DNA of 64,000 nt, taken from Ignavibacteriota bacterium (lineage in GTDB: Bacteria; Bacteroidota; Ignavibacteria; UBA10030). A model generated the notes under the pieces. That model searched no databases. It was not told where the DNA came from and saw nothing but the letters and a program-made list of their open reading frames with translations. The first letter of the stretch is position 1, and every line of letters begins with the position of its first letter. This document shows, one piece after another, positions 50,744-61,841 of the stretch. The position numbers and the translations under genes are program-made. The stretch spans positions 3,456,001 to 3,520,000 of the forward strand of contig OY969585.1 in assembly GCA_963701295.1 (NCBI GenBank). Direction: 5' to 3'.

Positions 50744-53251
50744 ATGGAAGGAAATTTTTCAAATAGAGTACAAGATGTGATCCGACTGAGCCGCGAAGAA
50801 GCACTTAGGCTTGGACATGATTATATCGGCACAGAACATCTTCTCTTAGGCATTATCCGAGAAGGCGAAGGCATTGCTGTAAAGATTCTTCGCAATCTCG
50901 GTGTCGATCTCTATAAATTAAAGAAATCAGTTGAGGATACTGTTCGGACTTCGGGTGGAACTCTCACAATCGGTAACATACCTCTGACCAAGCAGGCTGA
51001 AAAAGTTCTCAAGATTACGTATCTCGAGGCAAAGCTTTACAAATCCGATGTCATCGGTACTGAGCATTTATTACTCTCACTTCTCCGTGATGACGACAAC
51101 ATCGCCGCACAGATTATGCACCAGTATAATGTACACTATGATGTAGTTCGAAACGAATTAGACAATATTGTTTCCGGCAGACCCTCATCACCTCCCGGTC
51201 AGCCGCATTCTTCGACAGAAAAGAAACAGGATCGTTCCAAGACTCCGGTGTTAGATAACTTTGGCCGCGATCTTACCAAAATGGCGATTGAAGACAAACT
51301 CGATCCCATCGTAGGGCGAGAAAAAGAAATCGAACGTGTTGCACAAGTACTAAGCCGGCGTAAGAAAAATAATCCTGTACTCATCGGTGAACCTGGTGTA
51401 GGTAAATCCGCAATTGCAGAAGGATTGGCTCTTCGAATCGTTCAGAAGAAAGTATCACGTGTTCTGCACGATAAGCGCGTCGTTACACTTGATCTTGCTG
51501 CCCTGGTAGCTGGCACGAAATATCGCGGTCAGTTTGAAGAGCGGATGAAAGCGGTGATGAACGAACTGGAAAAGGCAAAAGATGTTATTCTTTTCATTGA
51601 TGAGTTGCATACGATCGTTGGTGCTGGCGGTGCAAGCGGTTCCCTCGACGCATCGAATATGTTCAAACCGGCACTGGCTCGGGGCGATCTCCAGTGCATC
51701 GGTGCGACCACACTGGACGAGTATCGGCAATACATAGAGAAAGACGGCGCTCTTGACCGCCGTTTCCAGAAGATCATGGTGGACCCTACCACTGTTGATG
51801 AAACGACGAAGATTCTCCAAAACATTAAGCATAAGTACGAAGAGCATCATGGTGTTCTTTACAGCGAAAAAGCAGTTGACGCGGCGGTTCGTCTCAGTGA
51901 TCGATATATCACCGACCGCTACCTGCCAGACAAAGCCATTGATGTAATGGACGAAGCAGGTGCACGTGTTCATCTCGCAAATATTAAAGTGCCCAAGGAG
52001 ATTCTTCAGCTTGAAGAAGAAATTGAAAAAATCCGGCAATCAAAAAATCAAGTGGTAAAAAATCAAAACTTTGAGGAAGCTGCGCGTCTGCGTGATCTGG
52101 AAAAGAAACTGCTGAGCGACTTAGAAATTGCAAAACGAGAATGGGAGTTGAAAGCTCGTGACACCGTATATGACGTGAACGAAGAAGATTGTGCAGCGGT
52201 TGTTTCAATGATGACCAATATCCCGGTGCAGAAAGTCGCGCAAAGCGAATCTGAAAAACTGTTGAAGATGGAAGAAGCACTCGGAGAGATGGTTGTTGGA
52301 CAGGAAGAAGCTATTTCCAAACTGACAAAAGCAATTCGACGTGCTCGAGCCGGCTTAAAAGATCCGAAGCGTCCTATAGGATCCTTCATCTTCCTCGGTC
52401 CTACGGGCGTTGGAAAGACCGAAATGGCAAAGGCTCTTGCCCGATATCTGTTCGATTCGGATGAAGCTCTCATTCGCATCGATATGAGCGAATACATGGA
52501 GAAATTTGCAGTCTCGCGTCTTGTCGGTGCTCCTCCGGGTTATGTTGGATACGAGGAAGGTGGCCAACTGACCGAAAAGGTTCGTCGAAAGCCATATTCT
52601 GTGGTTTTGTTAGATGAAATCGAGAAGGCTCACCCAGATGTATTCAACATCCTTTTGCAAGTTCTGGATGATGGCGTCCTTACTGACAGTCTCGGGCGTC
52701 GTGTCGATTTTAAGAATACAATCTTGATCATGACATCAAACCTCGGTTCGCGGGATATCAAAGTTACAGGCGGATTGGGTTTCGGCACGAACACACAGGA
52801 AGATAAATACAAAGCGATGAAATCCGGCATCGAAGATGCACTGAAGAGGGTTTTCAATCCGGAATTCCTCAATAGAGTTGATGACACCCTCATTTTCCAT
52901 CAGCTTGAACGCTCACATATCTACAAAATTATTGACATAGCAGCGAAAGACCTCTTCAGCCGTATGACGTCGATGGGCATTTCCATTGAGCTGACTCAGG
53001 AAGCAAAAGATTTTCTCGCTGAAAAAGGATATGATCCCGCGTTTGGCGCACGTCCGCTCCGCCGAGCAGTGATGAAGTATATTGAAGATCCACTTGCCGA
53101 AGAAATATTGAAAGGAACATACATACATGGCAATGTGGTACGTGCAAAGTTTGATAAGAACAAAGAAGAGCTCTTCTTTGTTGACGCAGCGAAAGATATT
53201 GAAGACGATCAACTGAAAGAACACGGCGAAGAAATCGTCGGTACGAAATAG
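50744..53251 (+). CDS. clpC: ATP-dependent Clp protease ATPase ClpC
   Basis: Two Clp-N repeats, two AAA+ modules ([16 protein letters not shown]), UVR middle domain, LGF loop. Confidence 0.96.
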   Translation: MEGNFSNRVQDVIRLSREEALRLGHDYIGTEHLLLGIIREGEGIAVKILRNLGVDLYKLKKSVEDTVRTSGGTLTIGNIPLTKQAEKVLKITYLEAKLYKSDVIGTEHLLLSLLRDDDNIAAQIMHQYNVHYDVVRNELDNIVSGRPSSPPGQPHSSTEKKQDRSKTPVLDNFGRDLTKMAIEDKLDPIVGREKEIERVAQVLSRRKKNNPVLIGEPGVGKSAIAEGLALRIVQKKVSRVLHDKRVVTLDLAALVAGTKYRGQFEERMKAVMNELEKAKDVILFIDELHTIVGAGGASGSLDASNMFKPALARGDLQCIGATTLDEYRQYIEKDGALDRRFQKIMVDPTTVDETTKILQNIKHKYEEHHGVLYSEKAVDAAVRLSDRYITDRYLPDKAIDVMDEAGARVHLANIKVPKEILQLEEEIEKIRQSKNQVVKNQNFEEAARLRDLEKKLLSDLEIAKREWELKARDTVYDVNEEDCAAVVSMMTNIPVQKVAQSESEKLLKMEEALGEMVVGQEEAISKLTKAIRRARAGLKDPKRPIGSFIFLGPTGVGKTEMAKALARYLFDSDEALIRIDMSEYMEKFAVSRLVGAPPGYVGYEEGGQLTEKVRRKPYSVVLLDEIEKAHPDVFNILLQVLDDGVLTDSLGRRVDFKNTILIMTSNLGSRDIKVTGGLGFGTNTQEDKYKAMKSGIEDALKRVFNPEFLNRVDDTLIFHQLERSHIYKIIDIAAKDLFSRMTSMGISIELTQEAKDFLAEKGYDPAFGARPLRRAVMKYIEDPLAEEILKGTYIHGNVVRAKFDKNKEELFFVDAAKDIEDDQLKEHGEEIVGTK

Positions 53252-53271
53252 TTATTCTTATTTCTCAGAAT

Positions 53272-53307
53272 GAAATCCCTCGGCATAAACCGGGGGATTT
53301 CTATTTT
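53272..53307 (+). terminator. Rho-independent terminator after clpC
   Basis: GAAATCCCTCGG-CATAAA-CCGGGGGATTTC-TATTTT. Confidence 0.75.
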
Positions 53308-53351
53308 CGCTATTTGTGCAATCTATCACCTGCGAACAATCTGTGTAAACA

Positions 53352-53936
53352 GTGAAATCATACATCCTCTTTTACAAGCCGTATGGCGTCCTGTCCCAGT
53401 TTACTCGAGAAAAAAATCACAAAGCACTCTGCGATTTCGGTCCATTTCCAAAAGATGTATATGCTGCAGGAAGATTAGATGCCGATAGCGAAGGCCTTCT
53501 TTTCCTCACAAACGATACTGCTGTCAATCATCAACTGACTGATCCAAAATTCGAGCATGAAAGAACGTATATTGTTCAAATCGAGGGAATTCCAGATAAT
53601 GACGACCTCGCACAGTTAAGCAGCGGAGTTGTTCTTGAAGCAAAACGCACGAAACCAGCAATTGTGCGATTATTAGATCACGAACCTGACTTCCCTCCAC
53701 GTGCCGTGCCAATTCGATTTAGAAAAAACGTTCCGACAGCGTGGCTGGAAATGACACTACGCGAAGGACGCAATCGGCAAATAAGAAAAATGACAGCAGC
53801 AGTTGGCTATCCCACCTTACGACTTATCCGTACATCGATAGCTTTCCTTACTCTAAAAGAATTGCATCCTTGTGAACACCGCGAGTTGACCCCTGAGGAA
53901 ATTGAAAAGTTACACATTCTGCTTCTGATTTCTTAA
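53352..53936 (+). CDS. rluE: RsuA-family rRNA pseudouridine synthase (RluE-like, no S4 domain)
   Basis: KPYGVLSQF, AGRLDADSEG, EGRNRQIRKMTA. Confidence 0.88.
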   Translation: MKSYILFYKPYGVLSQFTREKNHKALCDFGPFPKDVYAAGRLDADSEGLLFLTNDTAVNHQLTDPKFEHERTYIVQIEGIPDNDDLAQLSSGVVLEAKRTKPAIVRLLDHEPDFPPRAVPIRFRKNVPTAWLEMTLREGRNRQIRKMTAAVGYPTLRLIRTSIAFLTLKELHPCEHRELTPEEIEKLHILLLIS

Positions 53937-53988
53937 GCCAACCATCCACAAATATTTTCGGTCGTATAAGTCTGACTTGAAGAGGGGG

Positions 53989-54072
53989 AAAAAAAACCCC
54001 GACGCACTACCAGACGCCGGGGTTAGGGAGGCTATCGAACTACCCACCGTTGGGGAGCGGCAAGTAATTCAA
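53989..54072 (-). ncRNA. Candidate small RNA (about 85 nt)
   Basis: 13-bp stem GAAUUACUUGCCG/CGGUGGGUAGUUC with loop CUCCCCAA, linker GAUAGCCUCCCUAA, terminator CCCCGGCG..CGUCGGGG followed by U8. Confidence 0.7.
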
Positions 54073-54079
54073 ATATAAT

Positions 54080-54105
54080 AACGAATCGTATATGGAAAAG
54101 GTTCC
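54080..54105 (-). promoter_or_regulatory. ECF-sigma-type promoter for the sRNA
   Basis: GGAAC-17bp-CGTT, with the -10 ending about 8 nt before the first hairpin. Confidence 0.6.
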
Positions 54106-54246
54106 CAAAATAATTCAAATATTATTGTATTTAAAGTGTAAAAGAATAGAATTTTTTACTAATATAAATTGAGGTTTTCGCGATACTGAAGAAATAATGG
54201 TAGAATTAAAATTCGACATTCTACTGGCAATCCAGTCTCAAGTTCT

Positions 54247-55446
54247 ATGAAAAATACAAATCGACAATTCATTACAGAATGTTCAACAAATCGACTTTTT
54301 TTTCTCATCCTTTCTTGTTCGGGCGGAGCAGGGCATATTCGAGCCGCCGAAGCATTGCACCGTACCGCTTTGTTGACTGGGCTTCCCATACGAACGGGAC
54401 ATTACGATGTACTCGATTTTACTTCGAGACTCTTTAAGCGGTTCTATTCTGAATCATACATTCAAATGGTTAATCGTGCACCAGAATTATGGGGATATCT
54501 CTATCAGCAATCAGAGCGAAAACCTTACGAAAAGAAAGGACTCTTCAAGCGATTTGACCAACTGAATTATAATCGGTACCTGCGAACACTCCGCGAACTT
54601 CGTCCAGACGCTATCATCTGCACACACTTCCTCCCCTACATTTCCGTTTCAAGCGAATTACGCAAGAATAATATTACAGCTCCGGTTTTTGCCGCAACCA
54701 CAGATTTCGATATCCATCAACTTTGGATCGATTCTATTATTGAGCGATTTTTTGTATTCAACAAAGAGTCAGCATGGCAGCTTCAATCGAAGCACGTTCC
54801 AGCAAACAAAATTAAGATAACAGGAATTCCTATTATGCCGGAATTTCAATTTAAAGAAAAGTCCAAGGCAGTGCGTAGAAAACTTGACCTAAATATAAAT
54901 CATTTCACTCTATTGATGCTTTCAGGCGGTTATGGTATCGGTCGAGTAAAAGAGACAGTTGAACAAGTTGCCTCGACATTTAACACTTTTCCAAAAAGGA
55001 AATTCAACTTGCTCATCGTATGCGGGAAAAATGATTCGGCACGTACTGAATTGCAAGCGATGTGTTTTCCAAAGAATGTTGATCCTCGTATTTACGGATT
55101 CGTCGCAAACATCCACGAATTAATGGATGCCTCCGATGTTCTCATCTCAAAAGCAGGCGGACTTACATCTTCCGAAGCGATGGCGAAATCATTACCAATG
55201 CTTATTATCGATCCAATACCAGGTCAGGAGAGCCGTAACACTGATGTTATTGTCGAACATGGTGCCGGTTGGAAGGCAATGAACCTGGCAAATCTCTCTT
55301 ATAAATTGCAAAATATTCTCGAAACACCATCGCTACTTGCAAAAGCACAAACGGCAGCTCGTCATCTCGCTAAACCGAATGCAGCGATAAAAATCCTTAC
55401 GGATGTCTATGATTTTCTATGCCATCAAAAGGAGCGAGGAAGATAA
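54247..55446 (+). CDS. MGDG synthase / UgtP-like diacylglycerol glycosyltransferase (GT28)
   Basis: GAGH..AA.AL, CTHF, TGIPI, KAGGLT.SE, PGQE..N. Confidence 0.9.
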   Translation: MKNTNRQFITECSTNRLFFLILSCSGGAGHIRAAEALHRTALLTGLPIRTGHYDVLDFTSRLFKRFYSESYIQMVNRAPELWGYLYQQSERKPYEKKGLFKRFDQLNYNRYLRTLRELRPDAIICTHFLPYISVSSELRKNNITAPVFAATTDFDIHQLWIDSIIERFFVFNKESAWQLQSKHVPANKIKITGIPIMPEFQFKEKSKAVRRKLDLNINHFTLLMLSGGYGIGRVKETVEQVASTFNTFPKRKFNLLIVCGKNDSARTELQAMCFPKNVDPRIYGFVANIHELMDASDVLISKAGGLTSSEAMAKSLPMLIIDPIPGQESRNTDVIVEHGAGWKAMNLANLSYKLQNILETPSLLAKAQTAARHLAKPNAAIKILTDVYDFLCHQKERGR

Positions 55447-56241
55447 AAATACTCATCAATGATATAGCAATCAGTTTCATCGAACACGGATCATTACAGG
55501 GGCTACCGGTTGTATTTATCCATGGGTTTCCATTCAGCCACAAGATGTGGGAACCGCAAATGCATGAGCTGTCCGACGACATCCTTGCCATCGCATATGA
55601 TGTGCGCGGTCATGGTTCCAGCGATGTAGGTGCCGGTCAATTCACCATAGAATTGTTCGTCGATGACTTAATCGCCTTGCTCGACCACCTCGGTATAGAA
55701 AAAGCAGTACTCTGCGGTCTTTCCATGGGTGGTTACATTGCACTCCGCGCTATCGAGAGACATCCGAATAGGATCAAAGGATTAGGTACTATGCGATACT
55801 AAAAGCGAATCCGATACAAACGAGGAAAAAATAAAACGCACGAATTCGATAAAAACTGTGAAGTCGGCAGGTATTTCTGTATTTGCCGAGGACTTCGTAA
55901 AAACTGTTTTTTGGACGAAAACATTCGAAAATAATCCGGGAGCTATCGAGTTCATCAAAGACCTCATTCGTGCAAATTCGACCATTGGCATTTGCGGAAC
56001 GTTGCTTGCTCTTGCCTCCCGCACCGACACAACGCAGAATCTTCCTTCCATCAATGTCCCAACATGTATCATCGTCGGAGAGTATGACCTACTGACGCCA
56101 CCTTCCCGTGCGCAAGGAATGCACAAAGCAATCGCCAGGTCGGAATTACACATCCTGTCAAATGCCGGTCATATGAGCAATTTAGAGAACACTAAAGACT
56201 TCAACGAAAACCTTGTTGCTTTTCTGAAGAACCATTGGTGA
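55419..56241 (+). CDS. Alpha/beta hydrolase (PcaD-like), frameshift near 55785
   Basis: HGFP, GHG.S, GLSMGG in the first ORF; GEYD and AGHMSNLE in the second. Removing one G gives IKGLVLCDT. Confidence 0.85.
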
Positions 56242-56675
56242 ATAAGATCTGGAAATCTGTTATTGATATTACAGATTTAGGAATAAAAGATATACTTCAT
56301 ACGTACCTCTTTTACCTCTTCCTTTTTCCTCTTACCTTGTTTTATGACATTCAAACAGCTTCATCAGACGACTCCTAAGAGATTACTTATGTTTGGGCAT
56401 AGAGTTGAGCGCTGTTTAAGTGAAAAAATCACAGCGCCTGGGGCTCATTTCATCCAAGCCAACAAAACACCTTCACTAGAAGAATTACCGATCCTATATT
56501 TGATGCTATCTTTCATCGTCCATTTCACTAAATTGGAAACAAATAGAATCAACTCCTGGTCTGTGTATACTACACACAAAGAAGCAAACGTGAATGCAAG
56601 GTTTGACCTTGTCTATTCGTTCACCTATATTATGACAGATATACACACGATAGTTTTAGAAAAGATGGTGCCGTT

Positions 56676-57698
56676 ATGAATGAATCAAAACTTTCCATCG
56701 GCTATTCTCACGAAACATCGGCAGAACCATTCCGCCGCCTCCGCCGCACACGGATGACAGAGACACTTCGCTCGCTAGTACGTGAGACGGAGCTTTCGCT
56801 CAACGACTTCATTCTTCCGTTATTTGTAGTTCCTGGAAGAAAATTTCAAAAAGAAGTTAATTCCATGCCGGGAGTCTTTCAACTCTCTGTAGACGAGCTG
56901 GTTCGAGAATGTGAAGTAGTAAAAGCACTTGGCATTCCGGCAGTGATCCTGTTTGGCATTCCTGAGCACAAAGACGAAATGGGCAGCGATGCCTACAATG
57001 AGCACGGAATCATCCAAACGGCTGTACGGGCACTCAAGAAGGAAATCCCCGATCTGGTTGTCGTTACAGATGTCTGTTTATGTGAATACACTTCTCATGG
57101 TCACTGCGGCATTGTTCAGGGCAATGAGATTGTCAACGACCCATCTATCGAGCTGCTGGCAAAAGAAGCCCTGACACATGCACAGGCCGGGGCAGATATT
57201 ATTGCACCATCAGACATGTTTGATGGCCGAGTGAAAGCAATCCGGGATATTTTGGACGCAAACAAATATCTCAATATCCCGATTATGTCATACTCGGCAA
57301 AATATGCGTCCGGCTTTTATGGACCATTTCGTGATGCTGCAGAGAGCACACCAAAGTTCGGCGACCGCCGATCACACCAGATGGATCCAGCTAACAGCGA
57401 TGAAGCGCTTCACGAAGTGGAGCAAGACATCATCGAGGGCGCTGATATCGTCATGATAAAGCCAGCATTGCCCTACCTCGATGTCATCCGTCGCGTCAAG
57501 GATCGGTTTCAGATGCCAACGGCGGCGTACAACGTCAGTGGTGAGTACTCTATGATCAAAGCGGCAGGCCGCAATGGCTGGATTGACGAATCGCGAGTTA
57601 TGATGGAAGTGCTGACGAGTATCAAGCGCGCAGGTGCAGATATGATTCTTACTTACTTTGCAAAGGATGCAGCAAAATTGTTAAAAGAAAAAATGTAA
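56676..57698 (+). CDS. hemB: Porphobilinogen synthase (Zn type)
   Basis: [32 protein letters not shown]. Confidence 0.97.
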   Translation: MNESKLSIGYSHETSAEPFRRLRRTRMTETLRSLVRETELSLNDFILPLFVVPGRKFQKEVNSMPGVFQLSVDELVRECEVVKALGIPAVILFGIPEHKDEMGSDAYNEHGIIQTAVRALKKEIPDLVVVTDVCLCEYTSHGHCGIVQGNEIVNDPSIELLAKEALTHAQAGADIIAPSDMFDGRVKAIRDILDANKYLNIPIMSYSAKYASGFYGPFRDAAESTPKFGDRRSHQMDPANSDEALHEVEQDIIEGADIVMIKPALPYLDVIRRVKDRFQMPTAAYNVSGEYSMIKAAGRNGWIDESRVMMEVLTSIKRAGADMILTYFAKDAAKLLKEKM

Positions 57699-57716
57699 TT
57701 GAAGAAGAGGTATATA

Positions 57717-59024
57717 ATGCCACAGCGGATTTTAAGACGCCGATTCAAATCGACGAAGTCCAATAAACTTTTTATTAAAGCACAAGCCATTATTCCCGGC
57801 GGCGTGAATTCTCCTGTGCGAGCTTTCAAGGCGGTTGGACGTCCACCCATCTTTATAAAACGTGCCAGCGCGGCGTTCATATGGGATGAAGACAGAAACA
57901 AATACATCGACTATGTAGGGTCGTGGGGGCCAATGATTCTCGGTCACACAAATCCTGCTATTACCAAAGCCATACGGGAAGCATCAAAGCGTGGAACCAG
58001 CTTTGGCGCACCGACAGGTCTTGAGGTCAAGATGGCAGAACTCATCACCAAACTCGTTCCATCTATTGAGATGGTTCGTATGGTGAACTCCGGCACAGAA
58101 GCAACGATGAGTGCTATTCGTTTAGCGCGCGCTTATACGGGCAAAGATATGATCATCAAGTTCGAAGGATGCTACCACGGTCATGGTGATTCTTTTCTCA
58201 TCAAAGCTGGCTCAGGTGCAATGACATTGGGTGTTCCTGACAGTCCTGGCATTCCTTCTACGATTGCCCTGAATACATTGACGGCAAGGTACAACGACCT
58301 CACATCTGTACGGACAATAATGGAACAAAACAAAGATCAGATTGCCGCCGTCATTGTAGAACCAATTGCCGGCAATATGGGATGCGTGCCTCCCATGGAT
58401 GGATTTCTGCAAGGACTGCGCACTCTATGCGACGAATTCAAGGTACTGCTTATTTTTGATGAAGTAATGACCGGTTTTCGCGTTGCATTAGGCGGAGCAC
58501 AAGCACTCTATGATGTACGGCCTGATCTGACGACACTTGGAAAAATTATCGGAGGCGGACTTCCCGCTGGTGCCTACGGCGGGAAAAAAGAAATTATGCA
58601 GATGGTTGCCCCGGCAGGGCCAATGTATCAAGCGGGCACACTTTCCGGCAATCCTCTTGCAATGGCGGCAGGATTTACGATGCTGCAGATTCTCCATGCC
58701 AACAAGATGATCTACAAACAATTGGAACAACGATCAGCTCAGCTTGAGGAAGGGATACGAGATAATCTTAACAAGCTTGGTCTTAAACATACATTTAACC
58801 GTGTTGGTTCGATGTGTACACTCTTCTTCACCTCAAAGCCCGTCAGTGATTATAACTCGGCAAAAACCTCCGACACAGCAAAATTCTCTCTGTATTTTAA
58901 CTTGATGTTAGAACAAGGAATTTATCTTCCACCTTCGCAGTTTGAAGCAGCATTTATTTCCACTGCTCATTCAGAGAGAATAATCGAGAAGACAATTAAG
59001 GCAAATTACAAAGCGTTGCGTTGA
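57717..59024 (+). CDS. hemL: Glutamate-1-semialdehyde aminomutase
   Basis: [45 protein letters not shown]; start taken at ATG 57717. Confidence 0.97.
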   Translation: MPQRILRRRFKSTKSNKLFIKAQAIIPGGVNSPVRAFKAVGRPPIFIKRASAAFIWDEDRNKYIDYVGSWGPMILGHTNPAITKAIREASKRGTSFGAPTGLEVKMAELITKLVPSIEMVRMVNSGTEATMSAIRLARAYTGKDMIIKFEGCYHGHGDSFLIKAGSGAMTLGVPDSPGIPSTIALNTLTARYNDLTSVRTIMEQNKDQIAAVIVEPIAGNMGCVPPMDGFLQGLRTLCDEFKVLLIFDEVMTGFRVALGGAQALYDVRPDLTTLGKIIGGGLPAGAYGGKKEIMQMVAPAGPMYQAGTLSGNPLAMAAGFTMLQILHANKMIYKQLEQRSAQLEEGIRDNLNKLGLKHTFNRVGSMCTLFFTSKPVSDYNSAKTSDTAKFSLYFNLMLEQGIYLPPSQFEAAFISTAHSERIIEKTIKANYKALR

Positions 59025-59222
59025 ACCGACCGTTGAATTGATATATTTTAGAGTTCAATGTGAATCTACAATGGCAACCGGAAAACGGTTTGTTTATCGT
59101 TGGTTGAGAATCTGAGATGATCGCTATCTTTCCAAATCTGATTCCCTTATTTTAAATCGAACAAAATCGAAATCGTTACAATCAGCGTAAATACCAGCAA
59201 AGGGCTGCATCAGATAAAAAAC

Positions 59223-59268
59223 AAAAGCTCCGACTAAGAATTCCTCAATCGGAGCTTTTTCGTTTTTT
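59223..59268. terminator. Bidirectional terminator between convergent genes
   Basis: AAAAGCTCCGA...TCGGAGCTTTTT with A and T runs on both sides. Confidence 0.75.
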
Positions 59269-59284
59269 TCTAAAAATAATTATA

Positions 59285-61789
59285 TCACTGCACAGTCCCG
59301 CTCGCCAAAACCCATGTGAATATACCATACACAGGATGATTGACAGTGACGGTAAGTATTGATTGCAATGGTGGGGCAGTAACAGTAGTGGGATCAGCAT
59401 CCTGAACAACGAAGGTAAAAACAGTGCTTCCTTCTCCTTCGTCAAATGTATCGCGCATTGTCCAGCTAGTGTATGCACTAGGCTCAGTGCTTAGACCGGT
59501 ACCAGAGATGCTAATTATTGTTCCAGGGGACATTGGATGTCCGTATTTATCGGCGATTGTGATTGACCAAGGTCCTGCGGATTCAGCGTTGCCAATAGTA
59601 TATGTCGTTGGACCAGTTACATTGGAAAGGATCGGTCTCCCTGTCCATAACATAAGAACAGAATCCGTAACCCATGCTGCAGATTGTCCTAACGTACGGG
59701 CGTACACCCATGACCAACCAGGTCCCTGGGGCAAAGCATTGGCACCTTCTGGAGATGGATTACCAGACCACAAAGTCTGATTAACAAATCCATCAATATC
59801 CGTCACACCAGCGCTGCTTGCACTACTCTGACCTGTTCCGATGGTGCCATGCATTGTATTGAAATAGACCGCAGTGCCAAGAAGAACAGGATTGCTATAT
59901 TTATCAGCAACTTGGACAGTCATAGTATAAGGATAAAATGCCGTTTCAAGTCCAGGAAAGTTATAATATTTTGATGCTAATGTGAAATGACGCTGATCTG
60001 GAAATCCTGCATGAACTGATATCTTAACAGGTTGAGACGTAACAAGTTTTCCTCCACCAAGATCTATCTGAGAATACACTTGCACAACTCCTGCTTGAGT
60101 GCCGCTGCGAACAGAAACACGTAATTGTGCGTTATCATCCGTACTATCAGAAGTTGAAATCAAAGAAGGAGACGTGCCGACATTCGTAAATGTATTTGGG
60201 AAAAACTGCAGAGAAAATTGTGCGAACGCCCGGGGATTTGATCCAATCAATATCCCCAGAGAATCGCGCACTTCATATGTAATGACTGAATTCTCTACAG
60301 AGCCTGTTCCAGTAACATAAATATCTGATGTTGAGACACTCACAAATGCAATTTGTGCAGGCAGCTTTTCTGATGGCCGAGTCACGGCGATCGCTTGTGG
60401 AGGTTGCAAAGTGCCATAAATAACTTTTGATGTTGTCCCATTGGGGCCGCTCACCATCAATTGAAGAGTGAACGGTCCGCTGATACCACCACCAGGTGTA
60501 CCATCGTCAACCCGTATTTTATAGGATGTTAGGGACGTGTTCCGTGTATCCGGTGTTGAGGCACCCACATCGCCACTAAGTACTACTCCACTCCCTGCAA
60601 GCCCTCCAGTAATAACCGAGATTTTGTTGCCGACTGCAAGAGGATTGCCATTAGCATCATTGATAGTGAGATTAAGCGTCTGTCCGCTGCCATCCAATAT
60701 ATTAATAGAATCGTTTGGAACATTGGTTACGCTAATTCGTGGGGTCCCTGAAAATGTAACTACGGTTTGCTTACTGAAAGATCCGTTCGCTTTATTCACG
60801 GTCACTTTTATAGTATCGATTCCGGCAATTGCTGGTTTTCCTCCTCCATAGATGCTGACATTCGCCTGTCCTGTTACATCTGTCACACCTATTGCGCCAA
60901 TCGAACCGCCGGTGGTTTCGAAATAAGCTAAATTCCCGGGCTGAACCGGATTACCATACTGATCAACCAACATTATTGAGACTGTTCCCATTGATTTTGC
61001 AGAATCACCAATACCGGGGAAGTTTGTCGAGCTCGTCCACATCGTTGAACGAACGGAATCCGGCAAACCGCCGGAGATTGTCAATTGAGCCGGTGAAGAA
61101 CTAATTGTTTTTCCAAGCACGGTTGCAGAAGCAACTATCTGTAACACACGTGATTTCGTACCTGATGTTACCACGGTGGAGGCAAGTCCACTAGCATTTG
61201 TCATGATGCTGTCTGGCAATAGAAATTCCCCCCCAACCGAGCCTCCGATGATCATGAATCGAACCATTACCGCCTTTTGTAATGTAAGTGCGTAACCAAG
61301 TGAATCCAGAACGGAAAATGTAAGTAAAGCTTTCTCTGTCCCTCCAGCATTCCGGACGGAAAGTGATTTGTCACTTTGAACTATTAAATTGATGCTGGCC
61401 GCTTGTCCAGTAGCGCCTGGAGAAGTTGGACTATTAACATATTGTTTCAAATGAATAGTAACAGTTTGATTCTTCCCTGCGTCAACTTCTATGGTTGTAG
61501 TGTCATTAATGTATCCACCCGCTGATGTTACCAATGTTGTAGAATAATTCGAGCTAAGGACACCCAAGGAAAGAGTAAAAGTTCCTACACTATCTGTATA
61601 GGCCGTTGCCCCAATTTTCCCGAGATCTTCAACTTTAGCACCTTGAATACGTGTGGTATCTGATGCCCGTAGTACCGTCCCTGTGATCGATGACGTAGGA
61701 TTTACTGGTTCTGTGGAATTTTCCTTGCATCCTGCAACCATCAGTAATATAACAATAATGACATAAAGTAAATTAGCACGAAAACTCAT
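59285..61789 (-). CDS. Large surface lipoprotein with carboxypeptidase-regulatory-like and invasin/Big-1 Ig-like domains
   Basis: Lipobox MVAGC; Ser/Thr/Gly-rich; D.YGNPV and TD..G motifs; internally duplicated halves. Confidence 0.8.
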   Translation of the reverse strand: MSFRANLLYVIIVILLMVAGCKENSTEPVNPTSSITGTVLRASDTTRIQGAKVEDLGKIGATAYTDSVGTFTLSLGVLSSNYSTTLVTSAGGYINDTTTIEVDAGKNQTVTIHLKQYVNSPTSPGATGQAASINLIVQSDKSLSVRNAGGTEKALLTFSVLDSLGYALTLQKAVMVRFMIIGGSVGGEFLLPDSIMTNASGLASTVVTSGTKSRVLQIVASATVLGKTISSSPAQLTISGGLPDSVRSTMWTSSTNFPGIGDSAKSMGTVSIMLVDQYGNPVQPGNLAYFETTGGSIGAIGVTDVTGQANVSIYGGGKPAIAGIDTIKVTVNKANGSFSKQTVVTFSGTPRISVTNVPNDSINILDGSGQTLNLTINDANGNPLAVGNKISVITGGLAGSGVVLSGDVGASTPDTRNTSLTSYKIRVDDGTPGGGISGPFTLQLMVSGPNGTTSKVIYGTLQPPQAIAVTRPSEKLPAQIAFVSVSTSDIYVTGTGSVENSVITYEVRDSLGILIGSNPRAFAQFSLQFFPNTFTNVGTSPSLISTSDSTDDNAQLRVSVRSGTQAGVVQVYSQIDLGGGKLVTSQPVKISVHAGFPDQRHFTLASKYYNFPGLETAFYPYTMTVQVADKYSNPVLLGTAVYFNTMHGTIGTGQSSASSAGVTDIDGFVNQTLWSGNPSPEGANALPQGPGWSWVYARTLGQSAAWVTDSVLMLWTGRPILSNVTGPTTYTIGNAESAGPWSITIADKYGHPMSPGTIISISGTGLSTEPSAYTSWTMRDTFDEGEGSTVFTFVVQDADPTTVTAPPLQSILTVTVNHPVYGIFTWVLASGTVQ

Positions 61790-61841
61790 AAAAAACTCCT
61801 CAGGAAAGGATCCTTGTTTTTTGAAAAATCAAGTGTTGAGC

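Noticed and set aside
56300-56679. 111-aa ORF and upstream TACCTCTT-like pyrimidine repeats
   Set aside because: No RBS or recognisable motifs; low-complexity tract; more likely the hemB promoter region, although its GTTATGA overlap with the hemB start means a real gene cannot be excluded
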